A stretch of 64,000 nucleotides of DNA, taken from assembly GCA_964019335.1 (NCBI GenBank), contig OZ025689.1, positions 62,001-126,000 of the forward strand, written 5' to 3'. Position 1 is the first letter of the stretch. Each line of letters opens with the position of its first letter. Below the pieces are notes generated by a model. That model searched no databases and was not told the DNA's origin. It worked only from the letters and a program-made list of their open reading frames with translations. Below are positions 12,635 to 23,915 of this stretch, in pieces. Source of the DNA: Diplonema japonicum (lineage: Eukaryota > Protista > Euglenozoa: Diplonemea). The position numbers were made by a program, and so were the translations under genes.

Positions 12635-14925
12635 TCTCATCAGCAGCTTGGGCGTGAAACCAACTAGCGAGTTGTTGAGGATGCAATGAGTTCGCAGTTG
12701 TTCCTCTAGGATCGAGTGGGTGACCTTCGGGGACGCGAAGAGTGAAAGAATGATGATAATGGTAATGGGGAGGGATATGACTGCCCCGCAGAACTTCAGT
12801 GCCTCCTGTCAGATCTTCTGGTTTTTGGGGCTTGGTGTCGCCTGCGAGTGGGTTTCCGACTCCCCTCTTTTCCTCGAACTCTCGGCGTTGGCCGCCTCCA
12901 CACGTGCTTTTTCTTGTACCGCCCATGAACTGGGGAACTCCGCCTCCGACAGCTTCACCCTCTGCTGCTTCCCTTTGAAGGTCCTCTCCCTTCTGTCGGG
13001 TGCGTCCTCTCGGGCTTTAGAATCGTTGGTAAAAAAAAGGAAGGTCAAGTTGGGGATCTCTTCTTTTTCTTTTTTCCCCCCAAGAATAGTACAGAATCCT
13101 TATGACAAAAGACGACGGGGGGGGGGGGGGGGTGCTGGCAGTTGTTTGTCCTGTTCATCTTGCTATCCTAAAGCAAAAAGAAATAATAATAATTTAGAGG
13201 TTTTTTACACAAGTATTTTTTTTCTCTTTTTATTATTTCATCTCTTCTTTTTTTTTTCTTCGTTTTTCTTTTCTTTTTTTTTTTAAGTTCTAAAAAATTA
13301 TTATTTTTCCCGTCGACTTTTGACCTACGGCAACGCAGCCAAAGGGGGAAGGGGGGGGTTTTTTATTGAGATGGAGGGAAATGCATTTTATCGTTTTTTT
13401 TCTCTTTTTTTTTATACCTTTGCTGTCAAAAGCTACTGCTCTTGAAGCGTTCTATTTTTTTTTTTTCTTTCTTCTTTTTTTTTCCAATGCACGAAATAAA
13501 AAACCGCAAGGGAAGCCTGTTCTGGTCTGCCTATATAAAAGCTGCAATGCGGGTTTTTTCTTCTTCTTTCTCTTTTTCTTTCTTTAAGAATCTTGATCTC
13601 AAATAAAACAGAAAAACGGGGGGAGGTGGGGGGAGGGGCTTTACGTGTATTTTCTACTAGGATTTCTTTTCATTCTTTCAGCTTCCGACCGACACGCACG
13701 TATCAGGCAAAACAGTAACAACAACGCGGTGTGGGGTTTACAACAAAAATAAAATAATGGGTGTCGTAAAAAAAAAAAAAAAAGATTCCCCCTTTGTTGT
13801 ATAAACGAAGCAAAGAAGAGAAGAAAGACCTTGCCCTTCAAAAAAAAAATGGTTTAACAAAACCATATCATTTTTTTTTCCTTCTTTTTTTTTTCTTTTT
13901 TCTTCTTTTGAAGTGAACTGAATATTCAAGTAAGAAAACTGAACATTGTTTCTCAGTCTGCCATTTTGAGGGTACTTCTCAGGGAAGGGAAATAAACTCT
14001 GTGTTTTCTTCTTCTTCTTCTTCCTTTTTTTAAAAAAAAAAATATTTTACTTCTCCCAGTTCTACTTCGCGTCGGAAACGTGAACGAAGTAGAAAAAGAA
14101 TTTGAGAGTAAAATGGAATCGCCCCCTTAATGAAAATCTTTTAAAGTTCACACGAAAGTGTAAAAAAAAACCTTTTTCATTTTTTTGGGGGGGGGGTGTT
14201 GGGTAATTGATTAAAAAAAAAAGTATAAAAAAAGTTTTTGACACAAACAAATCAACACACGCAGCCAGAAGTGAAAGCTTTTTAAAAATCTTTTTTTTTC
14301 CCCCACTCTTTTGAGAAAAGCACCTACCGTCATCCTATGCGAACTAGGCCTGAAATCTGAAAGAAAGGTTGGGGGTGAGAAGGCTAAAACTTTCAATTCA
14401 TCCTTTTTTTTTTCGAAAGGATGAAAAAAAAAAAAGAAAAAAAAAAAGAAAGAGGGGTTATTATCATAAATTATACCATACATGAATAGGAAGTGCAAAA
14501 ATAAAAGAAAGAGAAAGAGAAAACAAACAAGCTTATTTATTTAATTCGTAGCCTGAACTTCTTGACCGGAAACAGATGATGAAGCGCAGGGAGTGGAAAA
14601 AGAGTGGTTTGTTTTAAAGCCAATGTTGCTCTTTTTCAAAAAAAAAAAAAGAGGAGAGGAAGAAGAAGAAAAAAGAAGAAGAACTTGTACTTTTCTTCTT
14701 TTTCTCCTACGGTGATTGACCCCCGGGGCCACGCGGCTTTTTCCCTCCCTTCCTTTTTTTTTATTTATTTTTCCCCCAACTAAAAATAAAAAGAAAATTC
14801 AGAATAATTCTTACTTTGCTTGATATATCCCACTAGAAAGAGAAAGAAGAAAAAAAAACTATTCTTTTAAGGTATGCGTTTTTGTGCTCACCGTCCTTAA
14901 AAAAAAAATTCATCATGATAGGAAC

Positions 14926-14951
14926 GAAGTGGTGAGCAACGGCCCACTCTA
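14926..14951. repeat. Short A-tailed dispersed motif, family E (partner at 18207-18231)
   Basis: Shared AGCAACGGCCCAC core with upstream GAAG and a downstream A-run. Confidence 0.5.
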
Positions 14952-15624
14952 AAAAAAAAAAAGAGACATTTAGAAAAGAAGAAGAAAAAAAAAGTCTGAC
15001 CATTGCCAAGGCTGAAAAATATGGATAACTAATAACAACAAAAAAAAAAAAAAAGAAAACTCTGGGCTATATGGTAGCTTTTTTTTTTTTTTTTTCTTTA
15101 TCGAAAAAAAGGAGAGAAAAAAATTTAACGGAAAAAGACAAAGTTCGTGTCATCACAAACAATCATATTCCATGGACACAGGAGACTCAGAAGGAGTGAC
15201 CGACATCTCATCCACAGCTTTGATAAGTACCCCATCCGAAACCTTTATTTTTTTTTTTTTTCCCTTTGGGTTGACCTTCTTCCCTCCCACCATACCTTCG
15301 TCCCGCTTATCCATGCTTTCCACTCTTCAATGGTGACCCAGTTTTTGCACACCTCAATGTTCCTCCTTACCTTGCTCCCACTCCTGTAGATTGTCACCCG
15401 TGTCCGGTGCTTGGGCCGAATCATAAGATTTCCAGTTCTGCCTTCCGATACCATATTTTATTCTTCTTTGTTCTTCAACACCCAACACCTACAGGGACAG
15501 GGATGACGCCACAAGTTTATTTTTTTTAAAAAAAAAGGAAAACACAAAGTGGATTTATTTTTTTTTATTTCGTGGTAATCTTCTTCATTTTTTTTGTACC
15601 CCCCTCTTTTTTTTTTTCTTGCCT

Positions 15625-17939
15625 CTAAACCTTGCATTGGCAACTCTTTGCGGCGCCCACTGCGGGGTCAGGGAAGGGACCTCCCGAGTTTGCATTGTTG
15701 CACCGTGTGACCTGTTCCTTCCCCTTGAGGGAAAACACCGACCACATTGATTTGATCTGCAGGAGAAGAAATAAAAAAAAAAAAAGTATTCTTTTATCCG
15801 TCTAACATACGGGATCGCCAAATCGCATCTCTGTGCTGCACGTGCAGTTGTCGTTCTCCTTCCCACAAGGGCGCCACTTCGAGTTGTCGTCGTATGAGGT
15901 GCTCCACATGATCTTCGCGCCGCCATCCTCCATGGCGCAGCAGTCCAGTCCCTGTGCATCTGCCATGCCAGGCGCATCGAAGCAAGCACGCTGGTTGTTG
16001 TGAACGCCAGCATCGTCGTACAGCTCTCTGACGAACATCCTGCCCTTCTCGCTGTACCTCGCGTAGGTGCTGATGTCTTCTGGGGAGTCGGCACCAGAGA
16101 GGAACGCAACCTGCGAAGGTGGGTAGTGCGCAGAGACCTCCTTCAGCCATGCAGAGGTTCTCGACGGTGCGGCATAGATAATCTGCAGAGAGGTGAGGGG
16201 TGAGGCTTGTCGTGCATACCAAGTCGTATTCCTTGTTCCTGATCCTGTCTGGGATGGTATCCGCGTCCACTGCTGTCTCTGCAGGGAAGTAGTTGTGCGA
16301 CCTGTGGTTCCCCCAGCCGTTGACCCAGCCGTAGTACTCGTGACGTTTCAATGTCGCGTCAGATGTCATCAGCGGTACCTTCCTCCCGTTTCTGCAAAAC
16401 CCTCTGTTTACGAGCCTTCCCCAGTACCCATTGTAGCCTCCGGTGCTCAGGTTCCTTGGCGGTACCACGTCTGCTACGTGGTCCAGGACGCCCTTTATCT
16501 CCAGCTCTTTGAATCCGTTCCACAAGGAGTCACCCATAAAGTCGTGGTAGCAGTGGTGGATGTATAGTACCTTCTTCGGGTTCTTCGGCCCGCCCGACGC
16601 TCCCATCGCGTCCATGATGTACTTCGCCATCGCCTCCGATGTGAGATGCCTCCTGGCGTGCGCCTGGATCTTCGCAGCGATTTCGTAGTACCTTTTGTTA
16701 GCGTGGCTAGTCGTCCTTTCCTTTGCATACCTTGTCGTGTTGAAGACATTCCAGTCGATGGAGAAGGCCTCCTTGAACCAGAAGGCGCCTTTCCTGTCGT
16801 CGGTGTACTTCACGCCAGGAAGCGCCATGGCCTCCTGCACAAGGGCCTTGGGGAAGAACGCCCTTTGTGGTTTTTAAAGTAAACGCAAAAACAGCATACA
16901 TTGTGCTTGCAGGCATCCTGTGCAGATCGACGAAGTAAGGGATGCAGCCCGACGCAAGGATCTCGTAGTGCCTGAGACAGTCCCAGCCCTTCTTCTTGCG
17001 CGTCACACAGAAGTAGGCGTGCTTGTAGTTGTAGAAATAGTCTGTGTCGGGCTCGGTCTTCCCTGTGGCACCCGCCTGCTGTGTGTGCTTATACGTGGTA
17101 GGGTTCCCAGGGATCAGACTGGCGAAGTCAGTCTCTTTCCAAGATATGGACCCCGAGTACCTGTGCCCAGGCACAGTGAACCCAACGGGCCAGATGTCGA
17201 AGGTCTGCCCACGGTGGACGTAGCGCACGGGCTTGACACCAGAAACACTGGGCAGGACTTCTGCAGGACGCGGCGTGTCGCAACCGAAGGTGAGCATCTG
17301 GTTGTGTTCGGGCTCCGACCAGAAGGAAGACCGCACGGGCTTGCCGCTGCAAGAGTAGTCTACTACAGCCTTGCCGGGGCAGCCTGCGACGTGGTTCTTC
17401 TGAGTGAGCTTCACCGAGCAGGTGGTCTGGCCGTTGCATGAGGTGAAGAACCTTGTTATATCAGTGCAGCCAACGACATCGCCTTGTTGGGGGGGCAGCG
17501 TGTGGTGGAAGGCGCCGAGGCCGTTCATCTTTAGAATGTATGTTGCGTTACCGCCGTTGACAAGTGCAGGGCAGTTGCAGTAGATAGCCGCAGCGTGCAC
17601 GGTGATCTCGCCCCCCACGTCGTTGGGGTCTGGAGTCGCTGGTGGGGACGGAGGGGATGCAGGGGGTTGCGATTGTGCTGTGTCCGAGTTGCCTTTTGCT
17701 GTCTCGGAAGCAGCTTGCTTGCTCCTCGTCTCTGCTTCGGTTCTCTTCCGCCTGGCTTCTTCGACAGACCGCTTCAGACCTTCAACCTCCTCTCTGGCAG
17801 ATCTCAGGTCCTGTTTCAACTTCAGCACATTTGGGTTAATAACAGGGGTTCGCTCCCCTCCCGCGTTCATCCCGTTCGACGCAAACCAGAAAAGCGGAAG
17901 CATCAGGAACGGGAACACCAAGACATGGACGGCCTTCAT
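15625..17939 (-). CDS. Type II membrane glycosyltransferase-like protein (lectin-like Cys domain, exostosin-like segment, C-terminal Cys domain); introns 16863-16899 (37), 16183-16219 (37), 15757-15810 (54)
   Basis: N-terminal TM and stem; SUEL-like CNGQTTCSV..GCPGK..DYSC; KKGWDCLRHYEILASGCIPYF motif. Three GTATG introns link four ORF pieces to ...DPAVGAAKSCQCKV*. Confidence 0.75.
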
Positions 17940-18374
17940 CGCCACCAGCGAAAGGGCAACGTTACGTTAGAGCAGCTGGGAAAGGAGGGAAGTGCACCGA
18001 AACAAAAAAAAAAAGAGGAGGAAAGCGTGCTGGAGAGGAGGCAAAGGAATACTCTGCGGCGGAGATTGGCGAGATACTTATCCTCGTTTATTCAGTAAGC
18101 ATTTAATTCTTCCCGTTGCCTTTTTCCTTTTTATATCTTGCCCCTGTCCTGTGTAGCTGGATATTCACGAGGCGAACAACCTAAAAGAAAACCAAACAAC
18201 TATGGAGAAGCGTTAGCAACGGCCCACAATAAAAAAAAAAAAAAAAAAAAAAGAAGTTAAGATAAAGACCACATTATCACCTCCAACTGTGTAAAAACAA
18301 GAAAAAGCATCATGCGCTCGGTGTGTAAAAAAAAAGAAGAAGAACAAAAAAGGTTATGAGTTACCCGGCTCTGC

Positions 18375-18791
18375 CTAGTACCTAACGTTGTTGCTGCTCC
18401 GTCGCCGCGTGGAGGAGCGTCTTGAGGAAGGGATCTCTTCAGCAGGAACGGTATCGTCGTAAGTATCAATGGTAGAAAGCTCGTTATGGGTGCGGGAGCA
18501 GGAGGCACCGCAGAAAGGGATCCAAGAGAGGCATGCTGTGCAAAGGCAGCACCCACAGCCGACTGCACACAGCGCCCGTTCGTGGGTTGGCACGTCTCGC
18601 TCCACACTCTTTGTGTCTATCATGCTGCCCAGAGCATCCTCATCACCTCTGCTGCCCATACCCAGACCTTCTAGTAAGTCGAAGGCTTGCGTAGCAATTT
18701 GCACAACCGCGACCCTCCCGTAGCCCACTGCCCGCCTCCATGTGTCCCGTTGCTCTATACTTTTCGCAGTGCTGCTTCTCCGTCTGGACAT
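18375..18791 (-). CDS. Small protein with a Cys-rich hydrophobic segment
   Basis: 138-aa ORF after a pyrimidine tract and AG sites; contains ALCAVGCGCCLCTACLSWIPFCG. Confidence 0.55.
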   Translation of the reverse strand: MSRRRSSTAKSIEQRDTWRRAVGYGRVAVVQIATQAFDLLEGLGMGSRGDEDALGSMIDTKSVERDVPTHERALCAVGCGCCLCTACLSWIPFCGASCSRTHNELSTIDTYDDTVPAEEIPSSRRSSTRRRSSNNVRY

Positions 18792-19676
18792 ACTCCTGTT
18801 GAGAAGCTGCTAAGGGCGCAAGGGTGCTATAGACAAAAGAGAAATATGGTGCGTGTCGGTATTCTTTAAATATTTTCTTCCTTTCATTGCAAGACTCGGA
18901 AGAGGCGACAGTGTGCCAGGGGAGACACAGCGTAAAAAAACTAGAACGTTCCATTGCGAAATGCCTGCAATGTAGAAAGAAGATAGAAAGAAAAAAGAAA
19001 TAATAGTTTTGAACCTGTTCGTTGGCATAGCGAAGGCGAGGACAATAGATGTGTCCTAGCAGTTCACCCGTGGAAGCTGTCGTACGAACAGCTAGAAGCA
19101 GTCAGGGTGCTCGTCGGTTCACCAGCATCACCGTCCACCACGCAGTGTCAAGATCGGCGACGTGAACAGCACAACGGAACACTCCATACAGCTGACAGGC
19201 TGACGGAAGGGAAGCTCACGACAATCGAGAACCTCATTGCAGAACCTGCCCAAGCATGGACACCAGTACACCGTTGGTCTCTCTGTCTGGTGCTTGGGAA
19301 CAACGTCGATGGCGCATCACCTCTGTGTAACTCAGCTCGGGCTTGTCATCCTCATTACACATACTTCCGTACCTGAAGGCAGCTAAAGAAGAGGAACAAA
19401 AAAAATGACAACAGGTTTTTGCTTGATCCTTTTAGTTTCAAAGGTAAAGAAGATCACAAGAAAAAACAAGGGCGAAATATAACAAAAAAGGGGGGTGTGT
19501 GAGGAAGGGGGAACAACTAATTACCTCCCCACAAATACCAGCAAAAGGGCGGAGAGGGGGGGGAAAGGGGATTCCACAAGAAAAAAAAAAAAACCAGATC
19601 GTTAACCGGTTGATTACAATAACAGTAACACAGTAACAAGGTGCCGCGGTACCCACCTCTCTCTTTCTCGAGTTCG

Positions 19677-20359
19677 CTACAAGCGATCAGCGACTGTTGT
19701 GTTGAAGACGGCCTGGGCTTCGCCGGGAGTCTTTGTGTTTGGTATCTGGCGCACCTGTATAAGATATATAATACGATATACACCCTTAGCCATACCAAGC
19801 CTCTAGCATTATAGTATTCAAGAAGCGGAAGGCATTTCTTCTGGTACGCCGCAAAACCTCTCTGAATGGAATCGAGCGTGTCGGGGTTCTCTTCGGAAAA
19901 CTGCGAGCGCTTAAAGAGCCGTTGCTCCGCGTCAGAGGGGGAGCAGGTCACTTCGAAAACAAGCTCAGGTGGCAGGACTGCTTCGAGTGCCAACGCTTGC
20001 TTTATTGTCTTTGGGAAGCCCTCTATAAACAGTGGTTCGCTGGGGTCGTTTGACATCTCCTGCTGTATCTGGTCTAAGATCTCGTCATCATTCATCCCTG
20101 CCAGTGCTTTGTTGTTGAAGTCCAAGTATCTCTTCCCGCCTTCGCTCAGCAGCATGCTCTTCCCGCTCCCTGGTATCCCCATCACCACTACGATCACTTC
20201 TTGCGATGTGTACTGCTTCAACGACTCCACCATGAACGCCACCGGTCTTGTCGGCTTCACTTTCAATAAGTCCCCCGCCAGCTTTTCAAACACAACATGG
20301 ATTTTGTGCTCAGCAAGGTATTCTTTTGCTGCTTCCAGGTCGAGGCTCCCGCTCTCCAT
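19677..20359 (-). CDS. RIIa/Dpy-30-like docking domain plus divergent adenylate kinase; intron 19755-19795 (41 nt)
   Basis: EYLAEHKIHVVFEKL...KPTRPVAFM (D/D-like domain); P-loop GIPGSGKS; IEGFPKT; PLLEYY. Splicing gives ...ARGL|VRQIP...ADRL*. Confidence 0.8.
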
Positions 20360-20597
20360 TTCTTTTTTCTTCTTGCACGGGGTTGGCCCTGTAACGGTTG
20401 TACGTAATGGGGAAAAAAAAACGGGGGGGGGACACGATGGAAACGACACGCGAACACACTGGAAGGGTGGAAAAAAAAAAGAAACACTACACGAACCAGC
20501 GAGTTCAATCTTTTCCTTTTTTTTTTCTTTAAAAATAAATTGGGGGGGGAAAGAAAAAATAATAACGATTTGAATAAAAAAACGGGGGGGGGGGTTT

Positions 20598-21957
20598 TCA
20601 TTCTTGCGGAGTACTCTGACGGATACGGTGCTGCACCTCGAACATTTCTGTATTATTTCTTTTTTCAAAAAAAAAAAAAAAAAAAAAAAAAAAGACCTTG
20701 TATCAACTTCTTGAACTGCATGACGTTGTAATTTATGAGACCGATTTTCTTAAAAGACTCTTCGCGGAGAAGGCACACTAGAGCAAGATACTTGTTGACC
20801 TCTCTGAGGTAGAGAACCTGCTTGGAGTCCAACCTGATAACAGTACATGACTCCGAGTCGAACGGAAAGTCCCCAACATCAGTGGCACCCTTGTACTCCT
20901 CAGGGTTGGTTATGGTCATGGTGGCTGCCGGATCGTCCTCTGAATTCTCATCATCTGTCAACCTGTTGGTGCTGCAGCCGTAAATCGCGGAAATATCTAT
21001 CGCGACATCTATCATATCGAAGCACACCTCGTACATCTGCGCTGTCACCTCATGCTCATCCTGAGCAACGTAGATCTTGCTTAAGACGTCGAAAAGATAG
21101 GCTTTTTCCATGCCGCATCTTGTGACAAGCATGCCAAGCAGTGCGGTGATGCAATCGTGGAGGTGTCCTATAACCCGTTGGACTACCTTTGAGAAGGCAT
21201 CGAATACACTGTGGTCGTAAATAGACGTCATGTGGTAGTGGACAGACGTCGCCAGGAAGTTCCGGACGTCGAACTGCAGGCTCGGATCGCACTTCATTCT
21301 GTCTCTTATCTCGATGTTCAGCTCTTCTTCGACAAATTTTTTGACGTCCAAATGTTTTTCTGAGGAAAAGGGTTTTTTTTTTTTTTTTTTTTTTATATTT
21401 AGAACCTTGGCTCTGTTCCGACTTCAAGCAGTCCACCTTATGGATAAAGATTTCAAAGTTCTTCGGTTTATTGTCGCCGGGGGTCATCACCACCCTCACG
21501 ATTGTTTGGACTAGTCGTTTAACTGCTTCGGCAGGCGGCCATTTGTCCTGGTTTTGGATTTTAAAAAAAAAATAAAAAATAATAATAACAATACCGCGCA
21601 ATCGATAACGTACACCACAGCGCCGTGTCCTGTGAAGACCTTGTCCCAATCCATGTCGCCTTCTTCCTCATCGAACATGTCCATTAGCTGGCCTGGGAAG
21701 TCCCATATCTGAAATTGCACAAAACTGTTGTTTGAGATGTCGCATTTTTGCATCTTGGCGGACGTCTCGAGGAGCACCGTCTCGTGGGGAGAGACCTTCT
21801 GGAACACTACCTTCTGGATACTCGTTTTCCCAGATTTTTTCAACCCCATCAGCAATATCCTAGGTTGGTCCTCCCTCAGACTTGCAACACCTTCTTCTAT
21901 TTCATCTTCCCCTGGGTACGTCTCGGGATTGGTGGGAGATCCTGTGAAGTCTGCCAT
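20598..21957 (-). CDS. RRAGC: Rag GTPase RagC/D (Gtr2); introns 21548-21594 (47), 21360-21405 (46), 20648-20696 (49)
   Basis: RILLMGLKKSGKTSIQKVVF, WDFPGQ, FIHKVD, TSIYDHSVFDAFSKVVQ, YLREVNKYLALVC. Three GT-AG introns restore one frame. Confidence 0.93.
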
Positions 21958-22092
21958 ATTTCTTTTCTTCTTTTTTTTCTTCCTCGGGGGTCCCTCGTAT
22001 GACCCTCCTTTTTTTTGTTTTTTTTGTTTTCACCCCTCCCCGATGAAAAGAAGCAGAAATAACGTGGGGGAAGAATAAGGATAAAAAAAAAA

Positions 22093-22135
22093 GATGTCTT
22101 TGAAGGGAACCTGCAGTATGTGACAGGATCGCCTA
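22093..22135. repeat. 43-bp dispersed element, family A, copy 3
   Basis: GATGTCTTTGAAGGGAACCTGCAGTATGTGACAGGATCGCCTA, preceded by an A-run. Confidence 0.95.
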
Positions 22136-22692
22136 AAAAAACACACTATATAAAAAAAAAGCGGGGAAAGGGGGGGGGGGGGGGGGAGAAGAACCCAGGG
22201 GAGTAGTAAACACAAAACGGAAAAGAAAAAAAGAATCGTCGAAGCGGTATAAATTTAAAGGGAAAAAAATGCAATACTTCAGGAAGAGGGGGAGGGGGGG
22301 GTGATAAATTAATTTTTTTCTTCCCCCTCAGTTGGCTTTCTTCTTTATTGTGGTAAATAATAATAATAACGGGCCATGCTTAAATCATATTGTTTTCTCC
22401 GCTCTTTTTCGGAAGGGGGGGGGGGGGAGATTTTATTTTTTTTCAAAGGTTCGGAAAAAAAACTCGATCTACTTTTTTTTTTTTTGCGGTGCGCTGGTTG
22501 GTGCCCAGTTGGTATTTCCCGTCCGTGCTCAGCATACATAAGCCCAACGAGTTCACCTCCTGAGTGACTTTGAAGGACATGCCCGAGCATTCTAGCTTTC
22601 TGCTAAGTCCATCTGTTTTCCATGGTGAACGCGATTTGTCCACATATAGTAGCAGGAAAAAAGTGGGGGATGAACAAACAAACAAAAAAAAA

Positions 22693-22735
22693 CTCGAATT
22701 AAAATTTCAGTGCGCATGGGTGTGCTCACTGTTCA
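22693..22735. repeat. ~42-bp hairpin element, family B, copy 1
   Basis: ctcgaattaaaatttcagtgcgcatgggtgtgctcactgttca; matches 58876-58916; CAGTG/CACTG stem. Confidence 0.85.
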
Positions 22736-22785
22736 AATAAAATAAAATAAAAAAATACACCGAGAAAATATAAAAAAAAAAAACA

Positions 22786-22827
<42 letters not shown>

Positions 22828-22865
22828 AGAACAATCTTTTTTTTTTTTTTTCAAAATATTCATTT

Positions 22866-23528
22866 TCATGCGTAGATGGACTTGTTCACTCGCACGGTGG
22901 TAGGGTGCACCTAGGGGGAAATAAATTTTCCAAAAAGAAAAAAAAAAAATGCTTTGCATACCTCCTTCTTGATCTGCTTAATAACGTGGGCAGGGTTGAG
23001 GAACTTCGGGCAGACAATCGTACAGTTCATGACGTTGTGGCACATGTTGAGCTTCGGGCTGTTCTCAAGGATCTCAAGCCTCTTGTCAAGATCGGAGTCG
23101 AGGGGTTCGCTGATAAACTTGTATGCCTGAAGCAGCACAGAGGGCCCTAAAAGGTTTTATTAAATTATTAAAAGAAAACAAGCATACCCAAGAACACCTC
23201 CCGGTTCCACCAGTAGCTAGGGCAACTGGAGGTGCAGCTCGCGCAGAGCACACACTGGTACAGCCCCTCAAGCCTGTTGAAAGATGTTAAAAGAAGCTAT
23301 ATAAACATACCTGTTTCTGTTGCTGAGGTGAACCTTGTGCTTCAGGTACCACCTGTTTAGACTCCACTCCCCAAAGCCGCCCCTGAAGGTGCTCATGCAG
23401 ACCACCGCTTTGTCATTGTCTTTCGTGGTGTACAACCTCTCAGGAGCTGTCTTCTTGGTCGCGTCCTTCACGATCTTCCTGTAGTGGAACAGGGACGACT
23501 GGTAGCTGCGTCTCGCTGCTACTGACAT
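22866..23528 (-). CDS. SDH2C: Succinate dehydrogenase Fe-S subunit, C-terminal half (SDH2C); introns 23274-23310 (37), 23147-23187 (41), 22911-22961 (51)
   Basis: Spliced product contains [51 protein letters not shown]. It has its own N-terminus and no 2Fe-2S domain. Confidence 0.92.
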
Positions 23529-23738
23529 ATTTGTCTTTTTTTTTTTTTTTTTTTCTCCCTCAATTCCTTCCTGAGTGGTTTAAGGGGAAAACGCCGGTGG
23601 GCACCAAAACAGTGTGATGTGGATGATTGCGGACAGAAGAGGTTGTATTCAACCCCAGGGAGTTCACGCTACGGATTCAAAGGCGACAACTGTTGTCCTG
23701 CACTCCGGCTTGGTCCGGGTCACAGACCGCTCCTGGAT

Positions 23739-23786
23739 CTTTTATCCAGCCCTTTTATCCAGCCCTTTTGTCCAGCCCTTTTATCC
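23739..23786. repeat. 13-bp tandem repeat (CTTTTATCCAGCC) x3.7
   Basis: Read directly; one unit has an A>G change. Confidence 0.9.
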
Positions 23787-23915
23787 GTTCCTTTTTCAGT
23801 GAGAAAGGTAATGCTAATTTTCTATAAAATAAATGCGACCAGTCGTAAAATCTACTAGTCATTGACTTCGAGGCAGCAAGTGGTGTATAAAAAAAAAAAC
23901 ACTTTTCTTCTACAT

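Noticed and set aside
12630-12680. Hammerhead ribozyme core (CTGATGA on the minus strand)
   Set aside because: No appropriately placed GAAA or stems I-III.
15245-15454. Possible retroelement or gene fragment
   Set aside because: Short, with no diagnostic RT or endonuclease motif; cannot be supported.
22693-22735. Iron-responsive element or SECIS downstream of SDH2C
   Set aside because: CAGTG lies in the stem rather than the loop, there is no GA quartet, and no in-frame TGA remains after splicing.
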